In this document: in pieces, positions 55,167-64,000 of the stretch
How the letters are laid out: each line of letters begins with the position of its first letter
How positions within the stretch are numbered: the first letter of the stretch is position 1
NCBI GenBank assembly: GCA_023666425.1
Contig: JAMPCA010000001.1
Span: 822,680 to 886,679 of the forward strand
Length of the DNA stretch: 64,000 nucleotides
Source of the DNA: Muribaculaceae bacterium
GTDB lineage: Bacteria; Bacillota; Clostridia; Lachnospirales; Lachnospiraceae
Reading direction: 5' to 3'
Translations under genes and position numbers: made by a program
Notes under the pieces: model-generated
What the model was told of the DNA's origin: nothing
The model's input: the letters and a program-made list of their open reading frames with translations, nothing else
The model's database searches: none

Positions 55167-56369
55167 CTACCTCTTCGAGTTCTTTAGGAAATCCGGGATA
55201 TTGATCTCTACCGGCTTCACCGTGCTCTCCGGCTGCTTGGGTCTCTGGATCCCGGAATATGTAGGAGCCGCCGGTGTGGGCGTCGGGCGGGATTCTGTGC
55301 TGCCAAAGCTTCCCAGCCCGGAGGTCGAACGCGTCTGCGTCTGCACGCCCCTCGTACTGCTCTGGGGATATACCATCCGGGAGCCTACGCCGCTGCCCTG
55401 TGGAGCCGCCTGCCTCGCAGGAGCCTCCAGCCCGGTGGCGATCACCGTGATGGTGGCCTCGTCCGCCATCGTCTCATCGTACTTCGCTCCAAAAATGATA
55501 TTCGCGTCGGCTCCGGCCAGATCCTGCACATAACTTGCCGCATCGTTGGCATCCATCAGGGAAATATCGCCGGAAATATTGATAATGACATGGGTAGCGC
55601 CGGTAATCGTCGTCTCTAAAAGAGGAGATTCCACTGCAAGCTTGACCGCCTCGATCGCCTTCTCGTCGCCCTTCGCGCTTCCGATACCGATATGGGCCAT
55701 ACCCTTGTCCTTCATTACGGTCTGCACATCCGCAAAGTCCAGGTTGATGAGGGCCGGAAGGTTGATCAGATCCGTGATGCCCTGCACTGCCTGCTGCAAT
55801 ACCTCGTCCGCCTTCTTCAGAGCGTCCGGCATGGAGGTACGCCTGTCCACAATTTCCAGAAGCTTGTCGTTCGGAATCACGATCAGCGTATCCACGCTCT
55901 CCTTCAGCCGTTCGATGCCGGAAACTGCGTTGATCATACGCTTCTTCGCCTCGAACTTAAAGGGCTTCGTCACAACGCCCACCGTCAGGATTCCCTGCTC
56001 CTTTGCAATCCGCGCCACCACCGGCGCCGCTCCGGTTCCGGTGCCGCCTCCCATACCGCAGGTGACAAACACCATGTCCGAGCCTCTCACAGCGGCGGAC
56101 AGTTCCTCTGCACTCTCCTCTGCGGCCTTCTCTCCAATCTCCGGCTGCGCTCCTGCGCCCAGCCCCTTCGTCAGCTTCTCTCCGATCTGAATCAATGACG
56201 GTGCCTTGCAGAGCTGCAGAGCCTGCTTATCCGTATTGACGCCGATAAACTCTACTCCACCTATATTCTCATCAATCATGCGGTTCACAGCGTTATTTCC
56301 GGCGCCACCCACACCAATCACTATAATTTTGGCGCTTGTGTCCGCCTCCGTGGTACGAATCTCCAGCAT
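55167..56369 (-). CDS. ftsZ: cell division GTPase FtsZ
   Basis: GGGTGTG tubulin signature, N-terminal [17 protein letters not shown], and a disordered C-terminal tail. Confidence 0.95.
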   Translation of the reverse strand: MLEIRTTEADTSAKIIVIGVGGAGNNAVNRMIDENIGGVEFIGVNTDKQALQLCKAPSLIQIGEKLTKGLGAGAQPEIGEKAAEESAEELSAAVRGSDMVFVTCGMGGGTGTGAAPVVARIAKEQGILTVGVVTKPFKFEAKKRMINAVSGIERLKESVDTLIVIPNDKLLEIVDRRTSMPDALKKADEVLQQAVQGITDLINLPALINLDFADVQTVMKDKGMAHIGIGSAKGDEKAIEAVKLAVESPLLETTITGATHVIINISGDISLMDANDAASYVQDLAGADANIIFGAKYDETMADEATITVIATGLEAPARQAAPQGSGVGSRMVYPQSSTRGVQTQTRSTSGLGSFGSTESRPTPTPAAPTYSGIQRPKQPESTVKPVEINIPDFLKNSKR

Positions 56370-56484
56370 GGTTCTTCCTCCTTACTATCTATTGTGAAAC
56401 ATAAAAAACCGTTTCAAACGCACTCATATAGACTATAATATAATTTTTCCATCAAATAATCAACACAAAATTGTATTTTTTCGC

Positions 56485-57228
56485 TTATTCTTTCTTGTTG
56501 AACACAATATTTGTAGTTTCCTCGGTCCATGTCTCCAGATGCAGCGTCCCCTGACCCGGGAGCTTTGGCATGATCTTCTCCAGCCTCTCGACCTTCTGTG
56601 TCAAAAGATCCAGATCCCCCATGTTTACTTTCACGCCGCCGTATTTGAGCACCGGGGCGTCCTCCACCCCATAGGTGATGGAATCCGGCGCAAGCTCCGC
56701 CCGCTTGAGCGTCTGGGTCAGAACCAACAGCTCCCTTAATCTGCTCTCCTCAATCGGAAGCTTCTCGTAGAGCACCACCTCACTGCATTCGATTCCCCGG
56801 ATGACCGGAATGTCGTCGATCTTGTCCGAGGATGTCTCCACCACAAAGCCGTCCTTGTCAAAGTAGGCGTTCTCACCGATAGAGGAGATGTAGATACAGC
56901 CCATTATTCCCTTCTCGTACACCTTAATGTGCAGGGTCTGGGGATTTTTGAGGCTGATCTCCATTGTGTCGATAAATGGCACGGACTCGGTGTCCACAAG
57001 CTTGTATTTGAAAAAAACATACAGCGAGTTCCACGAGTACCCGTCGTTTAGGACGGCCGTCTCAATCACCTCGGCGCCATAGAGCTCGTTTCCCTCCACT
57101 TCTACCTTCTTTACAACGAAGAGCTTTGTGACGACAAACGCCGTCAGTCCTGCCAGAAGAAGCAGCGACAGGACCGTAACCAGTATTCTCTTTTTTTTCT
57201 TTGCTTTCTTTCTCTCTTCCCGAATCAT
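56485..57228 (-). CDS. divIB: cell division protein FtsQ/DivIB (POTRA domain)
   Basis: N-terminal basic stretch and one TM. VKKVEVEGN POTRA start. About 250 aa. Confidence 0.7.
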   Translation of the reverse strand: MIREERKKAKKKKRILVTVLSLLLLAGLTAFVVTKLFVVKKVEVEGNELYGAEVIETAVLNDGYSWNSLYVFFKYKLVDTESVPFIDTMEISLKNPQTLHIKVYEKGIMGCIYISSIGENAYFDKDGFVVETSSDKIDDIPVIRGIECSEVVLYEKLPIEESRLRELLVLTQTLKRAELAPDSITYGVEDAPVLKYGGVKVNMGDLDLLTQKVERLEKIMPKLPGQGTLHLETWTEETTNIVFNKKE

Positions 57229-57231
57229 AGG

Positions 57232-58356
57232 CTAATCAATCTTCTCCAGACGGATTCCCCGGCTCACCGACAGCACAAGCCCCAGCTCTCCCATCAAAAA
57301 GATCAGGGAGGTTCCTCCATAGCTGATAAAGGGCAGGATCACACCGGTGTTGGGAATCGTGTTGGTCACCACCGCAATATTTAATATGACCTGAATCGCA
57401 ATGTGGGACATGACTCCCGTGACAAGCAGCGCCCCAAACAGATCCTGGGCATTGTTCGCGATCACCATCATGCGCCATATCAGCAGCACAAACAGCAGAA
57501 TCACGCAGACTGCGCCAAACAGTCCCAGCTCCTCACAGATAATGGTAAAAATCATGTCGTTCTGTGACTCCGGCACATTTCCCATCTTCTGCAGGCTCTC
57601 CCCGAGCCCCTTGCCGAAAAGTCCGCCGGAGCCGATGGCGTACAGCCCCATCGTGGTCTGATATACATCGTCGCTCGTCGCGGTCTCCGGGTGGAGCCAC
57701 GCCTGCACGCGCCCGCTCCGGTATCCGGCAAAGCGAATGAACAGCACGATAAACACGAGTCCGACCGCCGCCACGAGGATAAACTGCAGGTACTTCGGGC
57801 TTGCCACAAAGAGCATACAGACAATGATTCCGAATATGATCACTGCCGTACTCAGATTGCTGATGGCCACCACAGCCAGCAGGGGCGCCATGATCACGAC
57901 AATCTTGATGATGGTCGCAAAATCGCCCATCTGCTTCGAGATTTTCTCGACCAGCACTGCCATGAACAGAATCACTGCAAGCTTTGCAATCTCCGAGGGC
58001 TGAAAGCTGACGGGGCCAATCTCCAGCCAGCGGGAGGAGCCGTGGGAACTCTTATTGAACTGGGGCACAAACACCAAAAGACACAGTCCAAGCGAGCCGA
58101 TATAGGCAATCGTCCCGAATTTTTTCCATACCCGGTAGTCCACCTTCGCCAGAAAAACCATCGGAATCAGTCCCAGCAGAATATTCCGCAGCTGCAGCTT
58201 CAGATAGTACGCCCCGTCCCCGTAATTCCTGAGCGAGGTGTAGGAGCTGGAACTGTACACCATCACCAGCCCAAAACACAGCAGAAATATAATCAGAAAA
58301 AGCAGATTGTAATCAAAGTATGAAATTGATTTTCCTAACCGCTTCCGTTTTGCCAC
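57232..58356 (-). CDS. ftsW: SEDS-family peptidoglycan glycosyltransferase FtsW/SpoVE
   Basis: 374 aa, 10-TM SEDS protein with conserved ...GG.SL... motifs. Confidence 0.85.
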   Translation of the reverse strand: MAKRKRLGKSISYFDYNLLFLIIFLLCFGLVMVYSSSSYTSLRNYGDGAYYLKLQLRNILLGLIPMVFLAKVDYRVWKKFGTIAYIGSLGLCLLVFVPQFNKSSHGSSRWLEIGPVSFQPSEIAKLAVILFMAVLVEKISKQMGDFATIIKIVVIMAPLLAVVAISNLSTAVIIFGIIVCMLFVASPKYLQFILVAAVGLVFIVLFIRFAGYRSGRVQAWLHPETATSDDVYQTTMGLYAIGSGGLFGKGLGESLQKMGNVPESQNDMIFTIICEELGLFGAVCVILLFVLLIWRMMVIANNAQDLFGALLVTGVMSHIAIQVILNIAVVTNTIPNTGVILPFISYGGTSLIFLMGELGLVLSVSRGIRLEKID

Positions 58357-58361
58357 AAGCC

Positions 58362-59729
58362 TTACTCCTTTAGACTTTTTACAATTTCTTTAAATATCCT
58401 GCCGCGCTCCTCATAGTTTGCAAACATGTCAAAGCTCGCGCAGGCCGGGGACAAAAGCACCGCATCCCCCGGAACCGCCCGGGCGTAGCAATCCTGCACG
58501 GCCTCCTCCAGCGTCCCATAGCACGCCGTGTCCATAAAGCCGTGCCGCTTCGCACAGTCCCCGATTTTCTGCGCGGTCTGCCCGATCAGCGCCAGCTCCT
58601 TTACCTTACCGTCAAAGGCTTCTATCCACTCGTCGTACTCCGATCCCTTTTCGGAGCCGCCGCCAATTAAAAAGGTCGGACGGTTCATGGCTCCGATTCC
58701 CTGAATCGCCGCATCCGGGTTCGTCGCCTTAGAGTCGTTGTAGAATCTGACCCCACGCTTTTCACAGACATACTCGATTCGGTGCTCCACCGCCGTAAAA
58801 CGCCTGAGCACCTCCACGATTTTCTCCATCGGCACGCCAAGGGAGACGGCAATGGCGCAGGCCGCCATCACATTCTCATAATTGTGCCGCCCCAATAGCT
58901 TAAGCTCCTTCACGTTGATGACATGCGAAGCCACTCCTGCGGACGCCCGGTAAATCTCCTCTCCCTCCAGGTAGAAGCCGTCCTGCAGACGGGTTTTGCT
59001 GCTGAAAAACACCACATTTGCCGGACAGCGCTCCCCGAAGCGGCGCAGCTCTTCGTCCTCGTAATTGAGCACGCAAAAACCGGCCTTCGTCTGGTTTTTT
59101 GTGATGTCCTCCTTCGTCCGGATATAGCACTCCATCGTATGGTGCCGGTTCAGGTGATCCGGCGTGATGTTCAAAATCGCAGACACCTCCGGGGCGAACT
59201 CCCGGATTGTCTCCAGCTGAAAGCTGCTGATCTCTGCCACTGTCACCGTCTCCTCCGTCATATCGGCGGCTTCCAGTGTGTAGGGGATTCCGATATTCCC
59301 CACGATACGCACGTCCTTGTAGTAATTCTTCAAAATCTCCCCCGTCAGCGCCGTGGTCGTGGTCTTGCCGTTCGTTCCAGTGATGGCGGCAAGCCGCCCT
59401 TTTCCATAATAGTAGGCCAGCTCCACTTCACTCCAGACTTCTGTCCCGCGCCGCCTAAGCGCCTCCACCATCGGAAGGTCTGTGGGCACGCCGGGGCTGA
59501 TCACCGCCACCGCAAACTCCATGTCCCCTTCCGGCAGCTCCTTTAATACCAGGGGCACCTCCTTTAAATCCGGGTTCTTTTCGTAGAACGCGGCTGTATC
59601 CAGCTCCCCGTTGCCATCGAAGAGCACGGGCTTTACTCCCTTTTTAAGCAAAAGCCCTGCCGCCGCGATCCCGCTTTTGCCCGCGCCGATCACCAGCACC
59701 CTCTTTCCTTCTATATTCATAGGTACCAC
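58362..59729 (-). CDS. murD: UDP-N-acetylmuramoylalanine--D-glutamate ligase
   Basis: N-terminal Rossmann VIGAGKSG. Mur ligase central GTNGKTT. Confidence 0.9.
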   Translation of the reverse strand: MVPMNIEGKRVLVIGAGKSGIAAAGLLLKKGVKPVLFDGNGELDTAAFYEKNPDLKEVPLVLKELPEGDMEFAVAVISPGVPTDLPMVEALRRRGTEVWSEVELAYYYGKGRLAAITGTNGKTTTTALTGEILKNYYKDVRIVGNIGIPYTLEAADMTEETVTVAEISSFQLETIREFAPEVSAILNITPDHLNRHHTMECYIRTKEDITKNQTKAGFCVLNYEDEELRRFGERCPANVVFFSSKTRLQDGFYLEGEEIYRASAGVASHVINVKELKLLGRHNYENVMAACAIAVSLGVPMEKIVEVLRRFTAVEHRIEYVCEKRGVRFYNDSKATNPDAAIQGIGAMNRPTFLIGGGSEKGSEYDEWIEAFDGKVKELALIGQTAQKIGDCAKRHGFMDTACYGTLEEAVQDCYARAVPGDAVLLSPACASFDMFANYEERGRIFKEIVKSLKE

Positions 59730-59770
59730 CTCCGTAAATTCTTTATCAGTATACCAGTATAAGAGATTCT

Positions 59771-61489
59771 CTAGTTTAATTCAAGGTATGGCAAAATGTT
59801 TTCAAAGATTTCTTTGGCCACCGGGGCGGCAATTGTTCCGCCATAGTAGACTCCCTGCGGGTTGCGTATGATGACCAGCACCAGTACCTGCGGGTCGGAG
59901 GCGGGCGCAAAACCCAGAAAAGAGGAAATGTATTTGTTGGCTGAGCGGGGCAGGGTCTGGGAGGTGGCAGTCTTGCCGCCGATCTCACAGCCCTCTATAT
60001 AGGCTTTGCTTCCTCCGCCCTCCGAAACCACCTTCTCCAAAAGCATACGAAGCGTCTCCGAGGTCTCACTGCTGCAGATGCCCCCGCTCGTCTCATAGGA
60101 AAGCCGCTCTACTTCCTCGCCCGTGGGGGATTCCACCCACACGCCGAAATGCGGCGTCACTCTTGTGCCCCCGTTGATCAGCGAGGACACGGTGGTGGCG
60201 AGCTGCACCGGCGTAATCTGAAAGGACTGTCCAAAGGAGACGGTCGCCAGCTCTACGAGTCCGATATCCTCCTGTTTGTGCATGATGGTCGCCGCCTCTC
60301 CCGGCAGGTCGATATGGGTCTTTTCCAGCAGGCCGAACTGCTCAAAATAATGGTAATACCGCTCTGCTCCCAGCCGGAGTCCCACTGTGATAAAGACGGG
60401 ATTGCATGAATTTTCTATTCCCTGCACAAAGGTCTCCGAACCGTGCCCCTGCGTCTTATGGCAGCGGATGCGTCTGTCCTCCACCACGATATAGCCGGGG
60501 CAGAAAAAGTTTTCCTCCGTGGAGACTACCCCCTCCTCCAGTGCGGCGCTTGTCGTGATGATCTTAAAGGTGGAGCCCGGCTCGTAGGTATCGCTGACAC
60601 AGTGGTTGCGCCACATCTGGTTCAGGTAATCCTGCTCTTCCTCTGTGCCCGCGTACTCGCTGTACTCTCCGGTCAGCGTAAAGGGATCGTTCAGGTTAAA
60701 CTCGGGGTAATCCACCATTGCCATAAGCTCACCGTTCTGCGGATTCATCACAAGGATGCTCACCGAGTCCGCCTCTTTCTGAATGTAGGCCTTCTCCGCC
60801 GCCTGCGCGGCGTACATCTGAATATTGTAATCCAGGGAAATATGAAGATTGTTTCCCGATACCGGCTCGCTTCTCTCCTCCCCCACCTTGCTGACTTCGA
60901 TGCCCCGGGCGTCGGTGGTGGTCAGGATTTTTCCGTTCTGTCCCTGCAGATAGGAGTCGTAGACCGTCTCAAGTCCGATGATTCCCTGATTGTCCCCGCC
61001 GGTAAATCCCAAAACCTTCGAGGCCAGCTCGTCGTATGGATACTCTCTCTTATAGTCCTCATCCACTTTCACACCGGCATAGCCGTATGACAGGATGCGG
61101 TTGCCCGTCTCCTTGTCCACATTGCTCTTGATGCGCTCGATGGAGGTCACTTTCTCCACACGCTTTCTGACTCTCTCCTCCGAAAGCCCCAGTTCCTTCA
61201 CCAGCATTTCAATGACCGCCTCCGGGTCTTCAATCTGGTTATGTATCACAGAGATCGTGCAGACCGAACGGTTGCTTGCCAGCACAACGCCGTTTGCGTC
61301 GATAATCTTTCCCCGCGCCGCCTTGATCTCCCGCTCTCTCTGCTGCAGATCCGTCGCCCGCTCGGAGTAATAATTCCCGCGAAAGACTATAAGATATATT
61401 AAACGGCCAAGCAGGATACAGCCGCAGAGCAGCACGCCGAGGAAAAAGAGGCAGATTTTCTTTCGATTGTAGGTCTTGTTGCGTTCCAT
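59771..61489 (-). CDS. class B penicillin-binding protein (SpoVD/FtsI-type transpeptidase)
   Basis: TM anchor, PBP dimerisation domain, transpeptidase motifs STFK ... SSN-like ... KTG. Confidence 0.85.
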   Translation of the reverse strand: MERNKTYNRKKICLFFLGVLLCGCILLGRLIYLIVFRGNYYSERATDLQQREREIKAARGKIIDANGVVLASNRSVCTISVIHNQIEDPEAVIEMLVKELGLSEERVRKRVEKVTSIERIKSNVDKETGNRILSYGYAGVKVDEDYKREYPYDELASKVLGFTGGDNQGIIGLETVYDSYLQGQNGKILTTTDARGIEVSKVGEERSEPVSGNNLHISLDYNIQMYAAQAAEKAYIQKEADSVSILVMNPQNGELMAMVDYPEFNLNDPFTLTGEYSEYAGTEEEQDYLNQMWRNHCVSDTYEPGSTFKIITTSAALEEGVVSTEENFFCPGYIVVEDRRIRCHKTQGHGSETFVQGIENSCNPVFITVGLRLGAERYYHYFEQFGLLEKTHIDLPGEAATIMHKQEDIGLVELATVSFGQSFQITPVQLATTVSSLINGGTRVTPHFGVWVESPTGEEVERLSYETSGGICSSETSETLRMLLEKVVSEGGGSKAYIEGCEIGGKTATSQTLPRSANKYISSFLGFAPASDPQVLVLVIIRNPQGVYYGGTIAAPVAKEIFENILPYLELN

Positions 61490-61557
61490 TGCATAATCCC
61501 TTCGAATGAAGCCTTATTATGCATCCTATGAGAAAAGCATGGCCGACATTCCCTGCA

Positions 61558-61665
61558 CTATTCGCCAGCCTCCGCAGGCGCTCCTTCCTCCGGTTCGCCC
61601 TCCGCAGGCGCTCCTTCCTCCGGCTCCGCAGACGCTTCTTCCTCCGGCTCCGCAGGCGGCTCACT
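61558..61665. repeat. approximately 33-bp tandem repeat (about 3 copies) encoding the PBP acidic tail
   Basis: CTCCGCAGGCGCTCCTTCCTCCGGTTCGCC is repeated with minor variation. Confidence 0.7.
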
Positions 61666-63603
61666 TCCGGGCGTGGGCGCATTCTCCCCGTTCCACTGTG
61701 CATTCTCCCCGGTGACGTCCAGTCCCTCGTTCTTTCCGGTTTTCTCCTCGTCCGGATAGATGTTCATATACGGAAGAACCTCCTCCAAAATCTCCCTGAC
61801 AATATTCTGGGCAAAATAGCTGTGGGACTGTTCATATACATTCGGCTCGTCCACCACACAGTAAATCAGAAGCTGCGGATTCTCGTAGGGGACAAACCCT
61901 ATAAAGGATACCAGATATTTTCCGTTTCCTCTGGGGTATTTCTGCGCCGTCCCGGTCTTTCCTCCCATCGAATAGCCGTCCACCTTGGCCGTGGCTCCGG
62001 TTCCCTCTGAGACGGTCTGCAGCAGGTAACTCTTAATCTGTGCGCTCGTACTCTCTGAGACGGTCTGCTTCACTGCCTTCGGTTCCTTCGTGCGAATGGT
62101 GTTGCCCGATGCGTCCGTAATCTTCTCCACCATCTGGGGCTGATAGTAAGTCCCCCCGTTGATCAGGGAGGCAAAACCGCTGGCCATCTCTATCATCGTA
62201 CAGTTGTAATTCTGCCCGAAGGAGTTGGTCGCAAGGTCGATGGGCTTGATATTGTCGATGGTATACATCAGGGAGGAGGTATTTGCCTCTCCGGGCAAAT
62301 CTATGCCCGTCCTCTGTCCAAAGCCGAAAACCGACTGGTATTCCAGAAAGTTCTTCGCGCCAATCTTGTAGGACATCTGCATGAGGGCGTCATTACAGGA
62401 ATCCATCAGCGCCCCCTCCACGGTCTCCGTGCCATGGCCATTTTTGCTCACACAGCTGATCCACGAATCAAACTGTTCTCCTCCATCACACTCAAAAGTC
62501 ATGCTGTCCGTGACCGTCCCTGTCTCTAAACCACACGCCACCGTAAAGGGCTTCTGCACAGAGCCCGGCTCATAGGTATCTGTCACACAGTAATTCTGCC
62601 ACATCGCATTCAGAGCCTCAAAGATCTCCCCGTCGGTCATTGCCTCCTGCTCCTCCTGCGTATAGAAGGCCGATAGATTCCTCGGTTCGTTTAAATCAAA
62701 TTCCGGGTAATCCGCCATCGCAAGCACTCTGCCCGTGTCTGGCTCCATAATGATCACCGCCGTGTTTGCACTTCCCGGCCCCTCTGTGTAATTGTCACGG
62801 TAGGCCTCGTTAAACTGGCGTATCTTTTCCTCCACGATGGACTGTATGTTTGCATCGATGGAGCATACCAGCGTGTTCCCATCGCGGGGGGAAATGACGG
62901 TCTTTTCAAAATCATTATCCGAATTCAGATACCCGTACTCCCTGCCGTTGACGCCGTTCAGTACATCATCGTAGTAATTTTCCAGCCCCGTCGTCCCCAC
63001 ATTTCCGGCAGAGGTAAAGCCAATGACCGAGGAGGCAAGCGTCCCGTATGGATAACTCCTCTGGTACTCCTTCTCAAACCACACGCCGCGGACATTGGGA
63101 TTCACCTTTTTCCCTTTCTCGTCCACCTCGTCCACCAGATTGACAAAGGGCTGTATTTCGTCATAGGGAAGTCTTTTCGCCAGCACATAATATTTGCTCT
63201 GCGCATTCTCCGCGGCGTACTGCCGGATTTCACTCTTCTCAAGCTGTGGAAAGCATTCTGCAAGCGCGTCGATGGTAGGCTCTATGCAGCTCTCATCGTC
63301 CGTCATAACCGAACAGTCCAAAATCACATTATAAACTGCCACGCTGGTCGCAAGAACCGTCCCGGAACAATCCACAATATCCCCCCTCTGATAGGGGATG
63401 GTCTTGCTGTCGTAGGACTGGAGGGAGAGCACTTTTTTTGTGTACTTCTCCCCGCTGGTGTACTCGATGTACATGAGCCGTCCGATCAGCCCGCACAAAA
63501 GCACCAGTATCACGGAAAAAAGCGCCATCAGTTTGGCGCGCATTTTCCGTGTGAATTTTTTTGTAATTTTCCTTCTACGTCTTCGTCTCGCCACAGTCCT
63601 CAC
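61558..63603 (-). CDS. class B penicillin-binding protein (PBP2B/FtsI-type) with acidic Pro/Ala/Glu repeat C-terminal tail
   Basis: 681 aa. N-terminal basic region plus TM, SVQKP and KTGTA motifs. C-terminal 60 aa is built from EPEEGAPAEG repeats. Confidence 0.85.
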   Translation of the reverse strand: MRTVARRRRRRKITKKFTRKMRAKLMALFSVILVLLCGLIGRLMYIEYTSGEKYTKKVLSLQSYDSKTIPYQRGDIVDCSGTVLATSVAVYNVILDCSVMTDDESCIEPTIDALAECFPQLEKSEIRQYAAENAQSKYYVLAKRLPYDEIQPFVNLVDEVDEKGKKVNPNVRGVWFEKEYQRSYPYGTLASSVIGFTSAGNVGTTGLENYYDDVLNGVNGREYGYLNSDNDFEKTVISPRDGNTLVCSIDANIQSIVEEKIRQFNEAYRDNYTEGPGSANTAVIIMEPDTGRVLAMADYPEFDLNEPRNLSAFYTQEEQEAMTDGEIFEALNAMWQNYCVTDTYEPGSVQKPFTVACGLETGTVTDSMTFECDGGEQFDSWISCVSKNGHGTETVEGALMDSCNDALMQMSYKIGAKNFLEYQSVFGFGQRTGIDLPGEANTSSLMYTIDNIKPIDLATNSFGQNYNCTMIEMASGFASLINGGTYYQPQMVEKITDASGNTIRTKEPKAVKQTVSESTSAQIKSYLLQTVSEGTGATAKVDGYSMGGKTGTAQKYPRGNGKYLVSFIGFVPYENPQLLIYCVVDEPNVYEQSHSYFAQNIVREILEEVLPYMNIYPDEEKTGKNEGLDVTGENAQWNGENAPTPGSEPPAEPEEEASAEPEEGAPAEGEPEEGAPAEAGE

Positions 63604-64000
63604 CTACTGTCTGGGAATGTCGCTGTACTGGTCCATAAAATTGTTGTTGTCCACGGTGTAGTAGACCACCTGCTCCTCTGTCGGATAGCTCATTCCAAGC
63701 TCATTTACTGCTACATCCCTGATCTGATTCAAATCCACCGAAGTGATAATGCTCTTGTAGCGCGCGTCATTCTCCGCCCGTTGGTCATTAACGTCCGACT
63801 GCAGGGCAGAAACCCTGCGCATCCGGGCGGATACCTGCGACTGGAGCTGCACCAGCATAACAGCGGCAGCTGCCACCGCCATCACACACATCGACAAAAA
63901 TGCCACATAGGCACGGTTCATTCCCATTGCCCGGGCGCGGTTGCGCCTCGCTGCGTTCTTACGTCTTTTTCTACGGCTGATCTCCTCGAGCTCCTCTTTG
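63604..64000 (-). CDS. ftsL: cell division protein FtsL (5' end outside window)
   Basis: Single TM plus coiled-coil and C-terminal region typical of FtsL. The reading frame stays open upstream of the annotated Met to the window end (…KEELEEISRRKRRKNAARRNRARA-MGMN…). The gene most likely starts beyond position 64000. Confidence 0.6.
   Translation of the reverse strand, partial: KEELEEISRRKRRKNAARRNRARAMGMNRAYVAFLSMCVMAVAAAAVMLVQLQSQVSARMRRVSALQSDVNDQRAENDARYKSIITSVDLNQIRDVAVNELGMSYPTEEQVVYYTVDNNNFMDQYSDIPRQ

Overview
This 64-kb window is chromosomal DNA from a GC-rich, spore-forming Firmicute. The gene content (sigH, sigE, sigG, spoIIGA, SpoVB-like, SpoVD-like PBPs) points to a Clostridia genome, possibly Lachnospiraceae- or Oscillospiraceae-like. 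Most of it is housekeeping on the minus strand. The housekeeping genes are metH, a HAD hydrolase, a cysteine desulfurase, purB-purF-purC, a gap-pgk-tpiA-(CapA-like)-gpmI glycolytic operon, hisK-like PHP phosphatase, cysE-cysS, ispF, pta, metY, sigH-rlmB-mrnC, mecA, a cheC-cheY pair, queT behind a preQ1-I-like riboswitch, sigG, a beta-CASP RNase, sigE, spoIIGA, and a dcw cluster (ftsZ, ftsQ/divIB, ftsW/spoVE, murD, two class-B PBPs, ftsL running off the window end). There are three tRNAs (Met-CAT, Val-TAC, Thr-GGT), each with a near-consensus sigma-A promoter and a terminator. The non-core content sits in four places. (1) 1-1100 is an AT-rich edge with two hypothetical genes beside the tRNA-Met/Val pair. 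(2) 42.5-47.9 kb is an accessory islet. It holds membrane proteins, a metallophosphoesterase, a DUF4474-like protein, a 42-bp inverted-repeat element, two ~225-bp direct repeats that bracket a Hol-Tox-like 39-aa peptide gene with a convergent antisense transcript (type I toxin-antitoxin-like), and a truncated DUF3990 plus DUF3791 pair. (3) Two unusual domain fusions: NT5C-like nucleotidase with a guanylate-kinase-like domain, and a ParB/Srx-like domain with a cytoplasmic BMP-family domain operonic with a metallophosphoesterase. (4) An EF-hand-like repeat protein and a candidate small RNA beside an XRE/TPR regulator. No CRISPR array, integrase or transposase was seen. All coordinates I derived by hand (as opposed to ORF-track coordinates) may be off by 1-2 nt.
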